64,000 nt of DNA from Promethearchaeota archaeon (GCA_019058445.1 JAHPZA010000003.1:484919-548918), one strand, 5' to 3'. Positions 1-9,712 are shown, counted from the stretch's first letter. Numbers and translations: made by a program. Notes: generated from the letters alone by a model not told the origin.

Positions 1-885
1 TACCAACTATATAAGAAATATTTTGAAAAACTTGAACCTATTTCTGATGTTTTCAAAAAGCTTACCATTACATGTCCAATTTGTAACACATCAAAAGAAA
101 TTGATATCCCAGAAAGAATAATTAATTTTAACAAAGATATGACAACCATTCCAATCCCTCAGCATAGAATATGTGAACATGCGTTTTTAATGTGTTTGAA
201 AACGGTGGACGATCAAATAAAAATTGGGAGTGTAAAAGAACTTGGGGATATACATGATTATCCTTCATTGAGAGATAAGCTTGAGCTTCAAGAAGAAGAT
301 ATTATTGAAATCAAATCATATTTAAAATCCCAAACATTAATTTATGTTCTTAATGCGCACTTTTTTAAGAAAAATATATTAATTTTGACTAGAATTTCTG
401 ATGATTTTAATACGATTATTTTGAAATTTTTCAACTTATTATTTCACAATACGTTTTCAATCTCAATTGCTGTAATTAATAGGTTACGATTCGAAGAAGA
501 TCCAGACTTATATAAAGATTATCTTATTATTGAAAATATAAATAAGGATCCCATTAATTCAGAAAATTTATTCTATGAAAAGAAAATTGCTGAAAATTTT
601 TATAATAATAATGATGATCTCTTAAGTTTAGATAATCTTAGGCATGAAATTTCATTTATTTACGGACTTTCTCAAGAAATCTATAAATATGCGACGAGGG
701 AACAGCATCCATATCCTTTCAAACGAAAAGATCTAATTCGGAAATTGTTGGACACATTCCTTATTGAAATAAACAAAAATTTCCTCTCATTTTTACTAGA
801 TATAGTAGAAAATTACTTTGGCACTCGAATTGAATTCACACAGGACTTATTGGCCAAAAAAATCGATGAAATGTGGGGGAGATAG
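1..885 (+). CDS. 5'-truncated Lokiarchaeia-type Zn-ribbon protein (CPIC...ICEH) with a possible DENN-like C-terminal region
   Basis: Frame 1 is open from base 1 (YQLYKKYFEK...LTITCPICNTSKEIDIPE...ICEHAF), so the gene starts before the window. Paralogous to 62268..63131 (CPVC...ICKDSF; C-terminal FLLxIVENY). Confidence 0.75.
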   Translation, partial: YQLYKKYFEKLEPISDVFKKLTITCPICNTSKEIDIPERIINFNKDMTTIPIPQHRICEHAFLMCLKTVDDQIKIGSVKELGDIHDYPSLRDKLELQEEDIIEIKSYLKSQTLIYVLNAHFFKKNILILTRISDDFNTIILKFFNLLFHNTFSISIAVINRLRFEEDPDLYKDYLIIENINKDPINSENLFYEKKIAENFYNNNDDLLSLDNLRHEISFIYGLSQEIYKYATREQHPYPFKRKDLIRKLLDTFLIEINKNFLSFLLDIVENYFGTRIEFTQDLLAKKIDEMWGR

Positions 886-1009
886 AATTCTACTTTTAAA
901 TTCCTATTTAATAGATTAATCATTCAGGAAGATGTTCATGAAATGAAATATACTCATAACCTCCTGGAATTCACATTCTTCGATATATATGTTAAAATTC
1001 ATACGAGTC

Positions 1010-1699
1010 TTATATTTTACGACCAATTCCATAATATATGAGAAAACCTGAAGGAATTGAGAAAATTGCCAAAACACTCCAGATAATCCGATATATAGGA
1101 TTATCCCAGAACACATAAAATAAAATGCCATAAACCATAAAAGATAGACACAGAACTCCAATTAAGAAGTATTTTAATTGTTGTTTAAGAAGCGCATCCG
1201 TAAATGAGTTATACACTTTTTTAGAATAGTAGAGAGTGGGTATAATCAGAAAAAACGTATAATATAGAATAAGTAAAATAGAAAAATAAAAAGCAAATTT
1301 GGGTCTCCAATTAGTATTTTTATTATATATAAAACCCTCTGGGTAGAGAAGAATTATAAAAGTAATAATTGCATATCCAATTAAAATTTTAAATCCATTG
1401 GGATGAGCTTGTTCAAGATTACGTGTGAATATAATAAGAAAAGAATGGGCGAAAAGACCCAAATAAAGAATTATAAAATACAAAATAAAGGCTGTAGGGT
1501 TTGTTCTTATTGGAATTAGAATCGCATTGAGAAATGCAACACTTGCTATGGTTAAATAATAACAACCTAAGGAACGTCCGATATGATTTTGATTGCGTTT
1601 AATTAAAACAATACCAAAATAAAAGAAAAAAATCCCTAATGTCAATTGAATTCCGTAAACAAGAAAAATTCGAGTCCAATCTGAATTGTCAATAATCAT
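1010..1699 (-). CDS. Stand-alone ~7-TM membrane protein (HisKA-7TM-like sensor-type domain)
   Basis: 229 aa with about 7 hydrophobic segments and no cytoplasmic output domain. Similar layout to 63226..63954. Confidence 0.7.
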   Translation of the reverse strand: MIIDNSDWTRIFLVYGIQLTLGIFFFYFGIVLIKRNQNHIGRSLGCYYLTIASVAFLNAILIPIRTNPTAFILYFIILYLGLFAHSFLIIFTRNLEQAHPNGFKILIGYAIITFIILLYPEGFIYNKNTNWRPKFAFYFSILLILYYTFFLIIPTLYYSKKVYNSFTDALLKQQLKYFLIGVLCLSFMVYGILFYVFWDNPIYRIIWSVLAIFSIPSGFLIYYGIGRKI

Positions 1700-1975
1700 A
1701 ATGCAATCGATGATGTAGTATTTCTTATTATCAAATTCATCGAGTCATATCCCTAATTAATTATGAATACCATCTTTTTCCATTTAAGATTACAAGTATT
1801 AAATATAATTGTGATATGATAGAACAAACATTAAACAATTTAGTTTGTTTAAAAAACCGCCTTTATAAACGGTAGTTCTCCACTCTAAATGATTGAGATG
1901 ATAGTTAAATATTTTAAAGATTTTAGATTTTGGAAATTATTTATAAAAAAATAGTAAGAGACAAATTGAAAATTT

Positions 1976-2293
1976 TTATAGATTATTAAGTTCAAATTTG
2001 GTATCTTCGAGGAGCTTGTTTAGATTCCAGAAAAAAGCCTCAAATTTTTTAAATATTTGAAAATCAACATCACTATTATCTTTTTCTTCAACACAAAAAG
2101 GATTGTTTTTAAAAACTTTTGCTGTATCAATCGAAATTAAATTAGTTTCCAAAATTTTTTGCAGATCAGGGGATAATCTGGTTAGATATTCAGATAATTC
2201 AAAACCTGTACATTTATTATCAACCATTTCCTTTATTTCTTCTAAAACGGTTAATTCTTGTTCGAGTTCCTTTATTTTTTCTTTTTTATTCAT
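1976..2293 (-). CDS. Hypothetical protein
   Basis: 105-aa ATG ORF with charged, helical composition. No motif recognised. Confidence 0.6.
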   Translation of the reverse strand: MNKKEKIKELEQELTVLEEIKEMVDNKCTGFELSEYLTRLSPDLQKILETNLISIDTAKVFKNNPFCVEEKDNSDVDFQIFKKFEAFFWNLNKLLEDTKFELNNL

Positions 2294-2564
2294 TTTTAAA
2301 TTATTATCTTTTAATTCGAATAAATTTTAATGGCAAATACCACCTAAAAATATATAATCATTGAGATATCTATGATTTAATGCACTAAAGTATTTTACCA
2401 TTATCTGGGTAAATAAACAAGGATTAACCTAATAAAACTTCTCTTAAAAAAGGATAAATTTAATATAAAAAGAGATTATAAAATTAACGCATGAATACGA
2501 GATAATTTTTAATATATTAGACCTTCAAAATATATCGCTGTTTATTTGAAAATTAAGGTATTAT

Positions 2565-2987
2565 TTATTTTTTCGTAAATAGCATATCTATAATAACCTC
2601 ATCTCTTGTTTTATTAATATAATTCTCAATCTCTCCCAATATTTCAGCCTTTCCTTCAAGGTTATATAGATTTTCATTCTTATATTTTTCAAAAAAATAA
2701 TCAACTATTCGTTGCAGAACTCTTAAAACTTTTTTATGTTTTACAGTTTTCAGGGAACTACCAACAAAAAATAAACTTTCTTTTTTAATTATATCAAATC
2801 GAATTTCTGAAAATTCAAATTGATTCAATTGTTCATGAGCAAAATCCTGGCAGAATATATTTAAAGCCCTAATCAAATTACTAAAAAATACTCCTTCAAT
2901 TTCAGGATTTTTAATTCTTCTTACTATAACTTTTCCTTCGGTAGTTATAATTAAGATATCCTCTAAAATATCAAACAAATTAAACAC
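2565..2987 (-). CDS. Longin-like domain protein
   Basis: GTG start. Pattern ILIITTEGKVIV...FFSNLIRALNIF...LFFVG...LQRIVDYFFEKY fits the longin beta-beta-alpha-beta-beta-beta-alpha-alpha topology. Confidence 0.6.
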   Translation of the reverse strand: MFNLFDILEDILIITTEGKVIVRRIKNPEIEGVFFSNLIRALNIFCQDFAHEQLNQFEFSEIRFDIIKKESLFFVGSSLKTVKHKKVLRVLQRIVDYFFEKYKNENLYNLEGKAEILGEIENYINKTRDEVIIDMLFTKK

Positions 2988-3152
2988 TTTATATTATTAT
3001 TACCCTAACTGTCCAAAAAGTTGTTCCAAAAATAAAGAAAAAAAAGAATTATTTAAATTTTTGTTAAGTATATAAATTAGAACTGATAAATTGAATAGAT
3101 TTCAATAACTTTTATTAGATCTTGAATTTCACGGTATTTATAAGTCTTTTTC

Positions 3153-3551
3153 TTATCCCGCTCGATTATATAAAATCGTGTTGACCACTACTAATCCGAT
3201 AAGTACGATTATAGTAATCCAAGTTCTTACTATTTCCATTGATGCATATGGCATGTAGGTCAATGATGCAATATCCAAGATTAACACAATGATCCACCAT
3301 ATAATAACAAGCTCCCATACAGGTTTCAATTTCTCTAATTCTCCTCTTTTTAGAGCAATCACACCACCAATTGCGAATGCTAAAACTGTTCCTCCAATAA
3401 CCCTCATATAATGTGGATTATAATAAGTTCCACCTGCAAATAAAATATCCGTTAGCACTAAGTATTGAATTGTATATATGATAGCAACGATTAAGTCAAT
3501 ATAAAATACATATTTCACTTCTTTTGAGAGCTCAACCATCTGATATCTCAT
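3153..3551 (-). CDS. Small 4-TM membrane protein
   Basis: Four hydrophobic segments. The start may be the second Met (MVELSK). Confidence 0.7.
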   Translation of the reverse strand: MRYQMVELSKEVKYVFYIDLIVAIIYTIQYLVLTDILFAGGTYYNPHYMRVIGGTVLAFAIGGVIALKRGELEKLKPVWELVIIWWIIVLILDIASLTYMPYASMEIVRTWITIIVLIGLVVVNTILYNRAG

Positions 3552-3712
3552 CTCCTCTCTATTTATTTTAAAAATGATTAAATATTGGATTTATATTTAG
3601 ATAAAATTTTACATAAATGTAAGAGAATCTCAATTTTAAATCTTTCTTAAAATGTGTTTAACTCATATAAAAATTATTAAATGTCCTGCTATTAACTTAC
3701 CTGCGAAAAAAT

Positions 3713-4585
3713 CTAAATGAAGAAAGTGTCAAATTCTGGATTCTCTTTTTTTAAAGCAGGAATATGAAAAACTCCAAAAGAACCACATAAGTCACAGTTA
3801 ACGTCATTTCCATAACAACAAAAAGGTATTTCGAATCCCTCATCACCTAAGTATAAGGGAATCATAAAATTCTTTACACAACAATCTCTAGTATATTTTA
3901 AAGCATTTTGAGATAACATATATTCAAGTGCGAGCACTCTATTTGGTATAAAAGAGGGATATTTTTTCTTTAAAGCTATTGCTTTTTTAACTGCAGCATC
4001 GCGGTCTTCTAAAGAATTCCAAGCAAATTCGGAAGTATCATTTTTTTTTGGAACATAAAAAGATAACACTAAACTGTGCACTGGTGTATCTTTCATCAAT
4101 ATTTCCGCTAATTCTTCAATGGAGTCTTCGTTTTTTTTAGTAATTGCGCATTGGCACTGGATTTTATTAGGGAAATTATCAGGAAGGTTATTTAAAGTAT
4201 TAATGACTTTTTGAAATGAGCCTTTTCCTCGTATTTCATCATTGATATGTTCGGGACCGTCGATTGATACTGTCCAATGTATTTTTGGATCGATATCTGG
4301 AATGGGTAGCGTACCATTAGTAGCAATAACATTTAAAGGAAACAGTTTCACACCAAGTTCTAATACATCCTTTCGTAAAAGAGGTTCTCCTCCCATCCAG
4401 AGCATTCTTATTATCCCATACTTTCTTTTATATTTTTTAAGTTTTTTTATCATTGTTTCTGCGGGCATCTCATTCTTCTTAGTAGGTGTATTCGGATTGC
4501 CTTCTCGGTACACAAAACAGTGTTTACAGCTTAAATTACATCTGTTTGTTATATTTACCAAGGCCAATGGATATTTTTTATTCAT
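3713..4585 (-). CDS. Radical SAM protein with Cys-rich C-terminal auxiliary-cluster region
   Basis: CNLSCKHC (CxxxCxxC), GGEP, SIDG...D..RGKG, C-terminal CC...CC..CDLC. Confidence 0.9.
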   Translation of the reverse strand: MNKKYPLALVNITNRCNLSCKHCFVYREGNPNTPTKKNEMPAETMIKKLKKYKRKYGIIRMLWMGGEPLLRKDVLELGVKLFPLNVIATNGTLPIPDIDPKIHWTVSIDGPEHINDEIRGKGSFQKVINTLNNLPDNFPNKIQCQCAITKKNEDSIEELAEILMKDTPVHSLVLSFYVPKKNDTSEFAWNSLEDRDAAVKKAIALKKKYPSFIPNRVLALEYMLSQNALKYTRDCCVKNFMIPLYLGDEGFEIPFCCYGNDVNCDLCGSFGVFHIPALKKENPEFDTFFI

Positions 4586-4818
4586 TTTTTTTATACCAGA
4601 TTAATTAGATATATTCTGTTATTTATAAATTAATTACTTTAAGTAATAAATCTCACTTTTCTTTAACTCTTTTTTATAAAAGGTTTTTTCCAATAAATTA
4701 AATGTCACATCTGCTAATAGAAAGTATGCGATTAGTCTCATTTTTTTATGAAACATTAAAAAAACCTTTATTTTTTTTAAATTATCTTTTAAAATTAAAA
4801 ACTTAAGGATGATCTTAA

Positions 4819-5322
4819 ATGGGATTATTAGCAGAAAATAGTGTTAAAGATTTGCCAACTCGATTTGAGACAGTACCGTATAGTACTTTTTTCAAACTCT
4901 GGTATGCTCTTCAAAAATCACTCCCTTCAGATAAAAAAGGAGAAATTCTCACGAGAATAGGACGAACAATCGGAAGAGAATTCGATGATGAAGGAATCGA
5001 GACAATTAACGATTTTTTAGCTAGGTTGGAGCAATTTTTGGAACAAGAATGGGCAATTACTGATAATGCAAAAGTAGAAGTTCTAAGAGATAGAGAAGGA
5101 AAAATTGTTAAATTAATAGCAAAACAAGACAGCTGTAAAATGTGTTTTGCCAATACTTATTATAGATTTCACGACAATGGAAGTCCATCTTGTATGTTTC
5201 CTCAAGTTGTTATGGGAATTTTATCAAAGGTGAAAAATAAGTTCGGGTTTAAGAATTTGAGATATGAGGGCGTTCAGAAAGGTGGAGTTGGAGTGTGCGC
5301 CATGACATGGAACGTTAAATAG
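4819..5322 (+). CDS. V4R/MetOD-like small ligand-binding protein
   Basis: IGRTIG helix, then CKMC...CMFP...VC Cys spacing typical of V4R-fold domains. Confidence 0.5.
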   Translation: MGLLAENSVKDLPTRFETVPYSTFFKLWYALQKSLPSDKKGEILTRIGRTIGREFDDEGIETINDFLARLEQFLEQEWAITDNAKVEVLRDREGKIVKLIAKQDSCKMCFANTYYRFHDNGSPSCMFPQVVMGILSKVKNKFGFKNLRYEGVQKGGVGVCAMTWNVK

Positions 5323-5425
5323 ATAGGTTACCTCTTTTTTTATTATTTCTCTTTATTTTTTGACTAAATTAAATAATATAAAAAAAGATAAAAAAGAATT
5401 ATCGAATTATAACATTTTCTTGCCG

Positions 5426-6064
5426 TTAATGCCAAAGAATTAGCGGATAAATGATAACTATAGGTACTGTTGCGATACTTATTATCACTACAAGAAAAGG
5501 TTTAAGAGTGTGTATTTTAGCCTTATATAAATGGATATCCGCTACAATTATCCAGATGATACATGTCCAGATACAAATAAGTTTGATTAATGCAAAGCAG
5601 CTATGAATTATGGCCCATATATCAGGGAAGCCTTGTGGGTCAGTAAGCATCAGTAATATAAAACCATTTTCAGTGTTATCACAAATAGCTGCAATTATTC
5701 CTAAAATAGCTATAAAATATCCTGATTTTCTCCATTTTGATACTTCCTCGAATTTCCGTCCAAGATATAAAATCATACTAAAATAAAATATTCCGTAGCT
5801 TACAGCATAAACATCGTCTAAAATAATAGCTATTCTATAATAATTAATCTGTTCAGCAGTCATCGATCTAAGTAGTGATTTATAATACGATCCACTGAAT
5901 GAAAGTTGGTGTATGTAGAAATTTTGTGGAAAAGTGGATAATGTCCAATAGTAAGCTAAAATTGGAAAATGGACAGCATAGAGAATGATACTAAAATATA
6001 TTAAAATTTTAATATTTCTTTCAGATGGCCAATTGGCTAATTTTTCTAACTTCATTCTATTCAC
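5426..6064 (-). CDS. Membrane protein (about 5 TM)
   Basis: Hydrophobic segments and a DxxEN motif (CDNTEN). Confidence 0.7.
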   Translation of the reverse strand: MNRMKLEKLANWPSERNIKILIYFSIILYAVHFPILAYYWTLSTFPQNFYIHQLSFSGSYYKSLLRSMTAEQINYYRIAIILDDVYAVSYGIFYFSMILYLGRKFEEVSKWRKSGYFIAILGIIAAICDNTENGFILLMLTDPQGFPDIWAIIHSCFALIKLICIWTCIIWIIVADIHLYKAKIHTLKPFLVVIISIATVPIVIIYPLILWH

Positions 6065-6244
6065 GGGGATTTCTGAATTATTTTTGCTGATAAAAATGTG
6101 GAATATAAAACTCTTTTTAAATCTTTCCTCTTATATCAGATTAAAGCATTTGAACTTTCTGTCAAAATTTTTTCAATGAAAGTAAATCTCTTGTATGTAC
6201 TGCAAAAGTAACTATAAATACAGATAGTATACATATTTATTATT

Positions 6245-6892
6245 ATGGAAAATACAAGCTTTATTGAAAAGTTGACTACCCCTAAATTCGTCAAAATTTC
6301 GACTATTACTGCGTTAATCGTTGCATTTTCATGTTTGATCATTGGTTATATAATAGCTCAATTTGGCCCTTACGGATATAACATGTTCGATAACTATATA
6401 AGTGATATGGGTTCGAGCCGCTATACCCCGTTTCCCTACATGAGAACAATATCTAATCTTATATCTAGCCCTCTGTTCTTTCCTTTAACTTTTTACATGA
6501 AACAAAAATTATTACCAAAATCTCAAGTACTTCCAAGAAAAAGACAGATCTTAGGTAAATTGGGTTTTATCGGAATGCTTATGATTTTTATAGGGATGAC
6601 AATCACAGGTATAATTACCGAAGATGTGAATATGCAAATTCATACCTATATTGCAATTTTCGCAATTTTTGGAGGGGTACTTGCTACTTTTACTTATGGA
6701 CTACTAATTACTAGATATCCCTCTCAAGTGCCTAAAAAAGTGGGAATCTATATGACACTCTGTATTCCAATTATTGCGATCTTAGCCATAATAGGATTCC
6801 CTTCTCGAATTTTTTATGAATGGATTCTATTATTTGCACTATATTCTTGGATTATTCTTTGCAGTGCTTTTCTTCTAAAAAATACAAATTAA
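6245..6892 (+). CDS. DUF998/Frag1-like membrane protein
   Basis: YNMFDNYISDMG motif, His in the fourth TM, about 6 TM, C-terminal EW. Confidence 0.65.
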   Translation: MENTSFIEKLTTPKFVKISTITALIVAFSCLIIGYIIAQFGPYGYNMFDNYISDMGSSRYTPFPYMRTISNLISSPLFFPLTFYMKQKLLPKSQVLPRKRQILGKLGFIGMLMIFIGMTITGIITEDVNMQIHTYIAIFAIFGGVLATFTYGLLITRYPSQVPKKVGIYMTLCIPIIAILAIIGFPSRIFYEWILLFALYSWIILCSAFLLKNTN

Positions 6893-7012
6893 GAAGAAAT
6901 TTTTCAACAATCTCCCCAAATCATTCTTTTTTAAATATTACCCATACTTATAAGATACCTAACACCGTGTTCAATAATAAATATAAAAAAAGAGAATTAC
7001 TATAAATTTAAT

Positions 7013-7951
7013 ATGAGAATCCAAAAAAAACACAATTTTTTATTAGTTAGCATTTTGTTTCTGGTTCTTTTTTCTATGACTCCTGCAATTTATTGCGACA
7101 GTGACGAATATGAAATGGGTATTGATGAAAATGGTATTATAGTCTGGGAAGTCATTGACGCCGATGAAGATCAAATAGAGTACCTCTTATCTGTTGCGGA
7201 ATTAGATGAAGATGATTTTGATTATGAAGAAGAGGATGAAATTAAATACGAAATAAATTCAATAACAGAGGTCTCTGATGAGGAATATTATATAATATCA
7301 TATGACGAATATGAGAATGATGAGGACCAAGGAACAAAAGCAGAAAAAATAGCGATGGACCCTGGTGAGCTGGCAGAAGATTTGGAAGACTTTGAGCTAG
7401 ATGACTATTCAATAACGTTTGTATTAACCGATACGGAAGACTACATTGATGAAGTTGGTGATGATGTTTCAGATACCTACAAACCATTTGTATATACTTC
7501 CGGATCATCGGTTATTTTAAATGGTTCAGTTGGAAGTTTTTTATTTTGGCTAAAGATGGATTACGATAAGCATGGAATACTGGAAGAAATTTTATTAGTG
7601 TACGACGGACAAGAAATTTTTAATATGGAACAAAAAAGTTATACGAAATCAAACCGTCTACCTTTAATCTGGATTATAATTATTTTCTTGCTTATAATAG
7701 GGGCAATTATTACCATAGTTATAGCACTAATCGTTGTTTTGACCAAACACGCAAAAAAGAAAAAACCAAAAAAGGTTCCCACCCCCTCAGAACCATCTGT
7801 TATTGCCGAACCAGAACAATTGGAAAAGACTCAAATAGTATCCGAAGATGAGGCAAAAAAAAAACCTAAGAAGACACAGTTTTGTTCAAATTGTGGTGCT
7901 GAAAGAGACACTGATAGCGCGTACTGCACATATTGTGGAAGTAAATTCTGA
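7013..7951 (+). CDS. Type I membrane protein: signal peptide, acidic ectodomain, TM, cytoplasmic Zn ribbon
   Basis: N-terminal signal-like segment, D/E-rich body, long hydrophobic TM followed by KKKKPKK, C-terminal CSNC...CTYC. Confidence 0.8.
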   Translation: MRIQKKHNFLLVSILFLVLFSMTPAIYCDSDEYEMGIDENGIIVWEVIDADEDQIEYLLSVAELDEDDFDYEEEDEIKYEINSITEVSDEEYYIISYDEYENDEDQGTKAEKIAMDPGELAEDLEDFELDDYSITFVLTDTEDYIDEVGDDVSDTYKPFVYTSGSSVILNGSVGSFLFWLKMDYDKHGILEEILLVYDGQEIFNMEQKSYTKSNRLPLIWIIIIFLLIIGAIITIVIALIVVLTKHAKKKKPKKVPTPSEPSVIAEPEQLEKTQIVSEDEAKKKPKKTQFCSNCGAERDTDSAYCTYCGSKF

Positions 7952-7970
7952 TAAGATATTTTTTTCATGA

Positions 7971-8120
7971 TCAATTTTTTTTTCGTTTTTCTATCTCTTG
8001 AATTTCAAAATCTTCTTTTTTTTCCTCCTCTAACAATTTTGCTGGCTTGAACTTATCAAAGGGGGCAAAGCATACCCAACGTGCATTTTCTATATTTACC
8101 AATGCTTTAGCGCAACCGAA
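7971..8120 (-). pseudogene. Possible remnant of a Cys-finger gene 3' end
   Basis: Minus strand reads FGCAKALVNIENARWVCFAPFDKFKPAKLLEEEKKEDFEIQEIEKRKKN*, with an in-frame TAA shortly upstream and no ATG. Resembles (from memory) the CxxAL.N.ENACWVC..P.D..KP tail of Lokiarchaeial RING-like proteins. Confidence 0.3.
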
Positions 8121-8253
8121 TAGATTCAAGTAATGGAAAATTTTAGCAAAAGGTTTCCGATTGTTTTGAATTTAAATAGAAATTTACTAAGTAATCTAAA
8201 GGAAGGAGAAATCACTGCTGAAGCTCAAATTACAAGAATTGAGAAAACTTTTA

Positions 8254-8592
8254 CTATATTATCATGCCACAGTGAGTACATTTATCCCCTGGAGGGAGTA
8301 GCTTGCTTCCGCAATATGGGCAAAATTTATAGACACTCCCAAGTTGAGAATCTGTTTGAGACACTGCTTGTTCGGAGGGATACATTGAGATTACTTCTTT
8401 AGGCTTCCTATAACGCAGATTTTTGTTTTGTTTACATATAGGGCATGTATCTCCACTTGAAACCAAGTAATACACAAGATAAATGATACCCCCGATAAAA
8501 GTGAACAGGAATAGCATAAAAAAAGCACGACGATTAAAAATTTTCATTGGAATAACGTGCTTTTTACAGGAATCACACCAGTTTTTTTTCAT
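8254..8592 (-). CDS. LITAF-like Zn-binding membrane-inserted protein with C-terminal Zn ribbon
   Basis: CDSC - hydrophobic stretch - CPIC, followed by CPYC...CTHC. Confidence 0.7.
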   Translation of the reverse strand: MKKNWCDSCKKHVIPMKIFNRRAFFMLFLFTFIGGIIYLVYYLVSSGDTCPICKQNKNLRYRKPKEVISMYPSEQAVSQTDSQLGSVYKFCPYCGSKLLPPGDKCTHCGMII

Positions 8593-8708
8593 CTTCCTAT
8601 GCTTACTATTAATTACAAATAGTTTTGTATTTTCAAATAAAGAAAGAGATAGTTATATTTTAAATTTTTTTTTAAAAGTAAAACAGTAAAATAGAAGACT
8701 AAATGTTC

Positions 8709-8733
8709 AACTAAACCTTTTTTAGGTTTAGTT
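8709..8733. promoter_or_regulatory. Perfect 10-bp inverted repeat
   Basis: AACTAAACCT-TTTTT-AGGTTTAGTT in the divergent intergenic region. Confidence 0.35.
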
Positions 8734-9086
8734 TAAAATTAACTTTATCACACATTTTTAATGGTTTTTTTATCATTTTCCGATACTCAAAATCTGCGGA
8801 TTATTGGATTCGATCATAATGTGATTTCCCATTCATTTAGCAAATCAAAAATTCGGTTTTCGATAATTCTAAATTTTTCTCTTGATCTTATGCGACATTA
8901 TGCACGTTTTGCAACATCATAAGATCTACTTTGTAGTAATGGAAAAAGCTAAAGTGACCTTTTATTGATTTTGTCGGAACCTGATAAAGGTTATTCGGCA
9001 AAATCGTTTTATCTAATATTCAGCATGTTCAGAAGTATCGAAAATGATCACCTTTTTCCCATAAATTAACGAAAAGTGACATAACA

Positions 9087-9094
9087 TTTAAATA
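9087..9094 (+). promoter_or_regulatory. Candidate archaeal TATA box for the Cys-rich triplet
   Basis: TTTAAATA about 90 nt upstream of ATG 9183. The AT-rich background limits specificity. Confidence 0.35.
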
Positions 9095-9127
9095 CGAATA
9101 TAGTTAAGTATAAAATGGGAAACACAA

Positions 9128-9151
9128 AATTGTGAAAAAAAATTCACAATT
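9128..9151. promoter_or_regulatory. Palindromic operator-like site AATTGTGAA-A6-TTCACAATT
   Basis: Perfect 9-bp arms between the putative TATA box and ATG 9183. Confidence 0.5.
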
Positions 9152-9182
9152 AAAAAGTAAAAACCTTAGAAGTGAAAAAAAA

Positions 9183-9407
9183 ATGTGTAATAAATGCGAA
9201 TGTGATGGAATAGCTCAATGTTCTATAGTTGGATATCAACCTTTCGGAGCATGTTGTACACTTTGTGCCCATTGGGACGAAGAACATACCTGTCCGAATT
9301 ATGAAATGGTTGCGAAAAATGTTACAGTTTCGCAGGAAAACCTATTTAAAGTTGCGCCAAAGGAAAAAGCCAAAGCTATGACCGTTTCAGTTGAAAAATT
9401 TCCATAA
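9183..9407 (+). CDS. Cys-rich mini-protein, paralog 1
   Basis: Start reassigned to ATG 9183 (MCNKCEC...) by alignment with paralogs 2 and 3. Contains 8 Cys plus His. Confidence 0.8.
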   Translation: MCNKCECDGIAQCSIVGYQPFGACCTLCAHWDEEHTCPNYEMVAKNVTVSQENLFKVAPKEKAKAMTVSVEKFP

Positions 9408-9463
9408 AAAATATGAACATAAATTATAAAAGTATTTCACTAACGGAAATTGAGTGATAAAAA

Positions 9464-9712
9464 GTGTGTAATTATTGCGAATGTGATAACATGGATAAAT
9501 GTTCTATAGTCGGGAATATTCCCTTAGGATTTTGTTGTCCTAAGTGTAAATTTTATTCAGGAGCGCATACATGCTTAAATTCGAAGATTAGAACTCAGGA
9601 GAAAATCAAAGCGATAACAAAAAAAATCGATGCTCTTCGTGAAGCTTTTGGTAAAAACGGCAATTCTTCCGAGGAGGAGGAAGAAATCGAAGAGCTTGAA
9701 AAGTATCCCTAA
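9464..9712 (+). CDS. Cys-rich mini-protein, paralog 2
   Basis: GTG start; MCNYCECDNMDKCSIVGNIPLGFCCPKC...HTC. Confidence 0.8.
   Translation: MCNYCECDNMDKCSIVGNIPLGFCCPKCKFYSGAHTCLNSKIRTQEKIKAITKKIDALREAFGKNGNSSEEEEEIEELEKYP

Noticed and set aside
8133-8689. Plus-strand ORFs 8133..8402 and 8483..8689
   Set aside because: They overlap the motif-bearing LITAF-like gene on the opposite strand and have no motifs.
9132-9182. N-terminal extension of Cys-rich ORF 1 from the GTG at 9132
   Set aside because: That GTG is part of the palindrome, and the paralogs start at MCN, so ATG 9183 is preferred.
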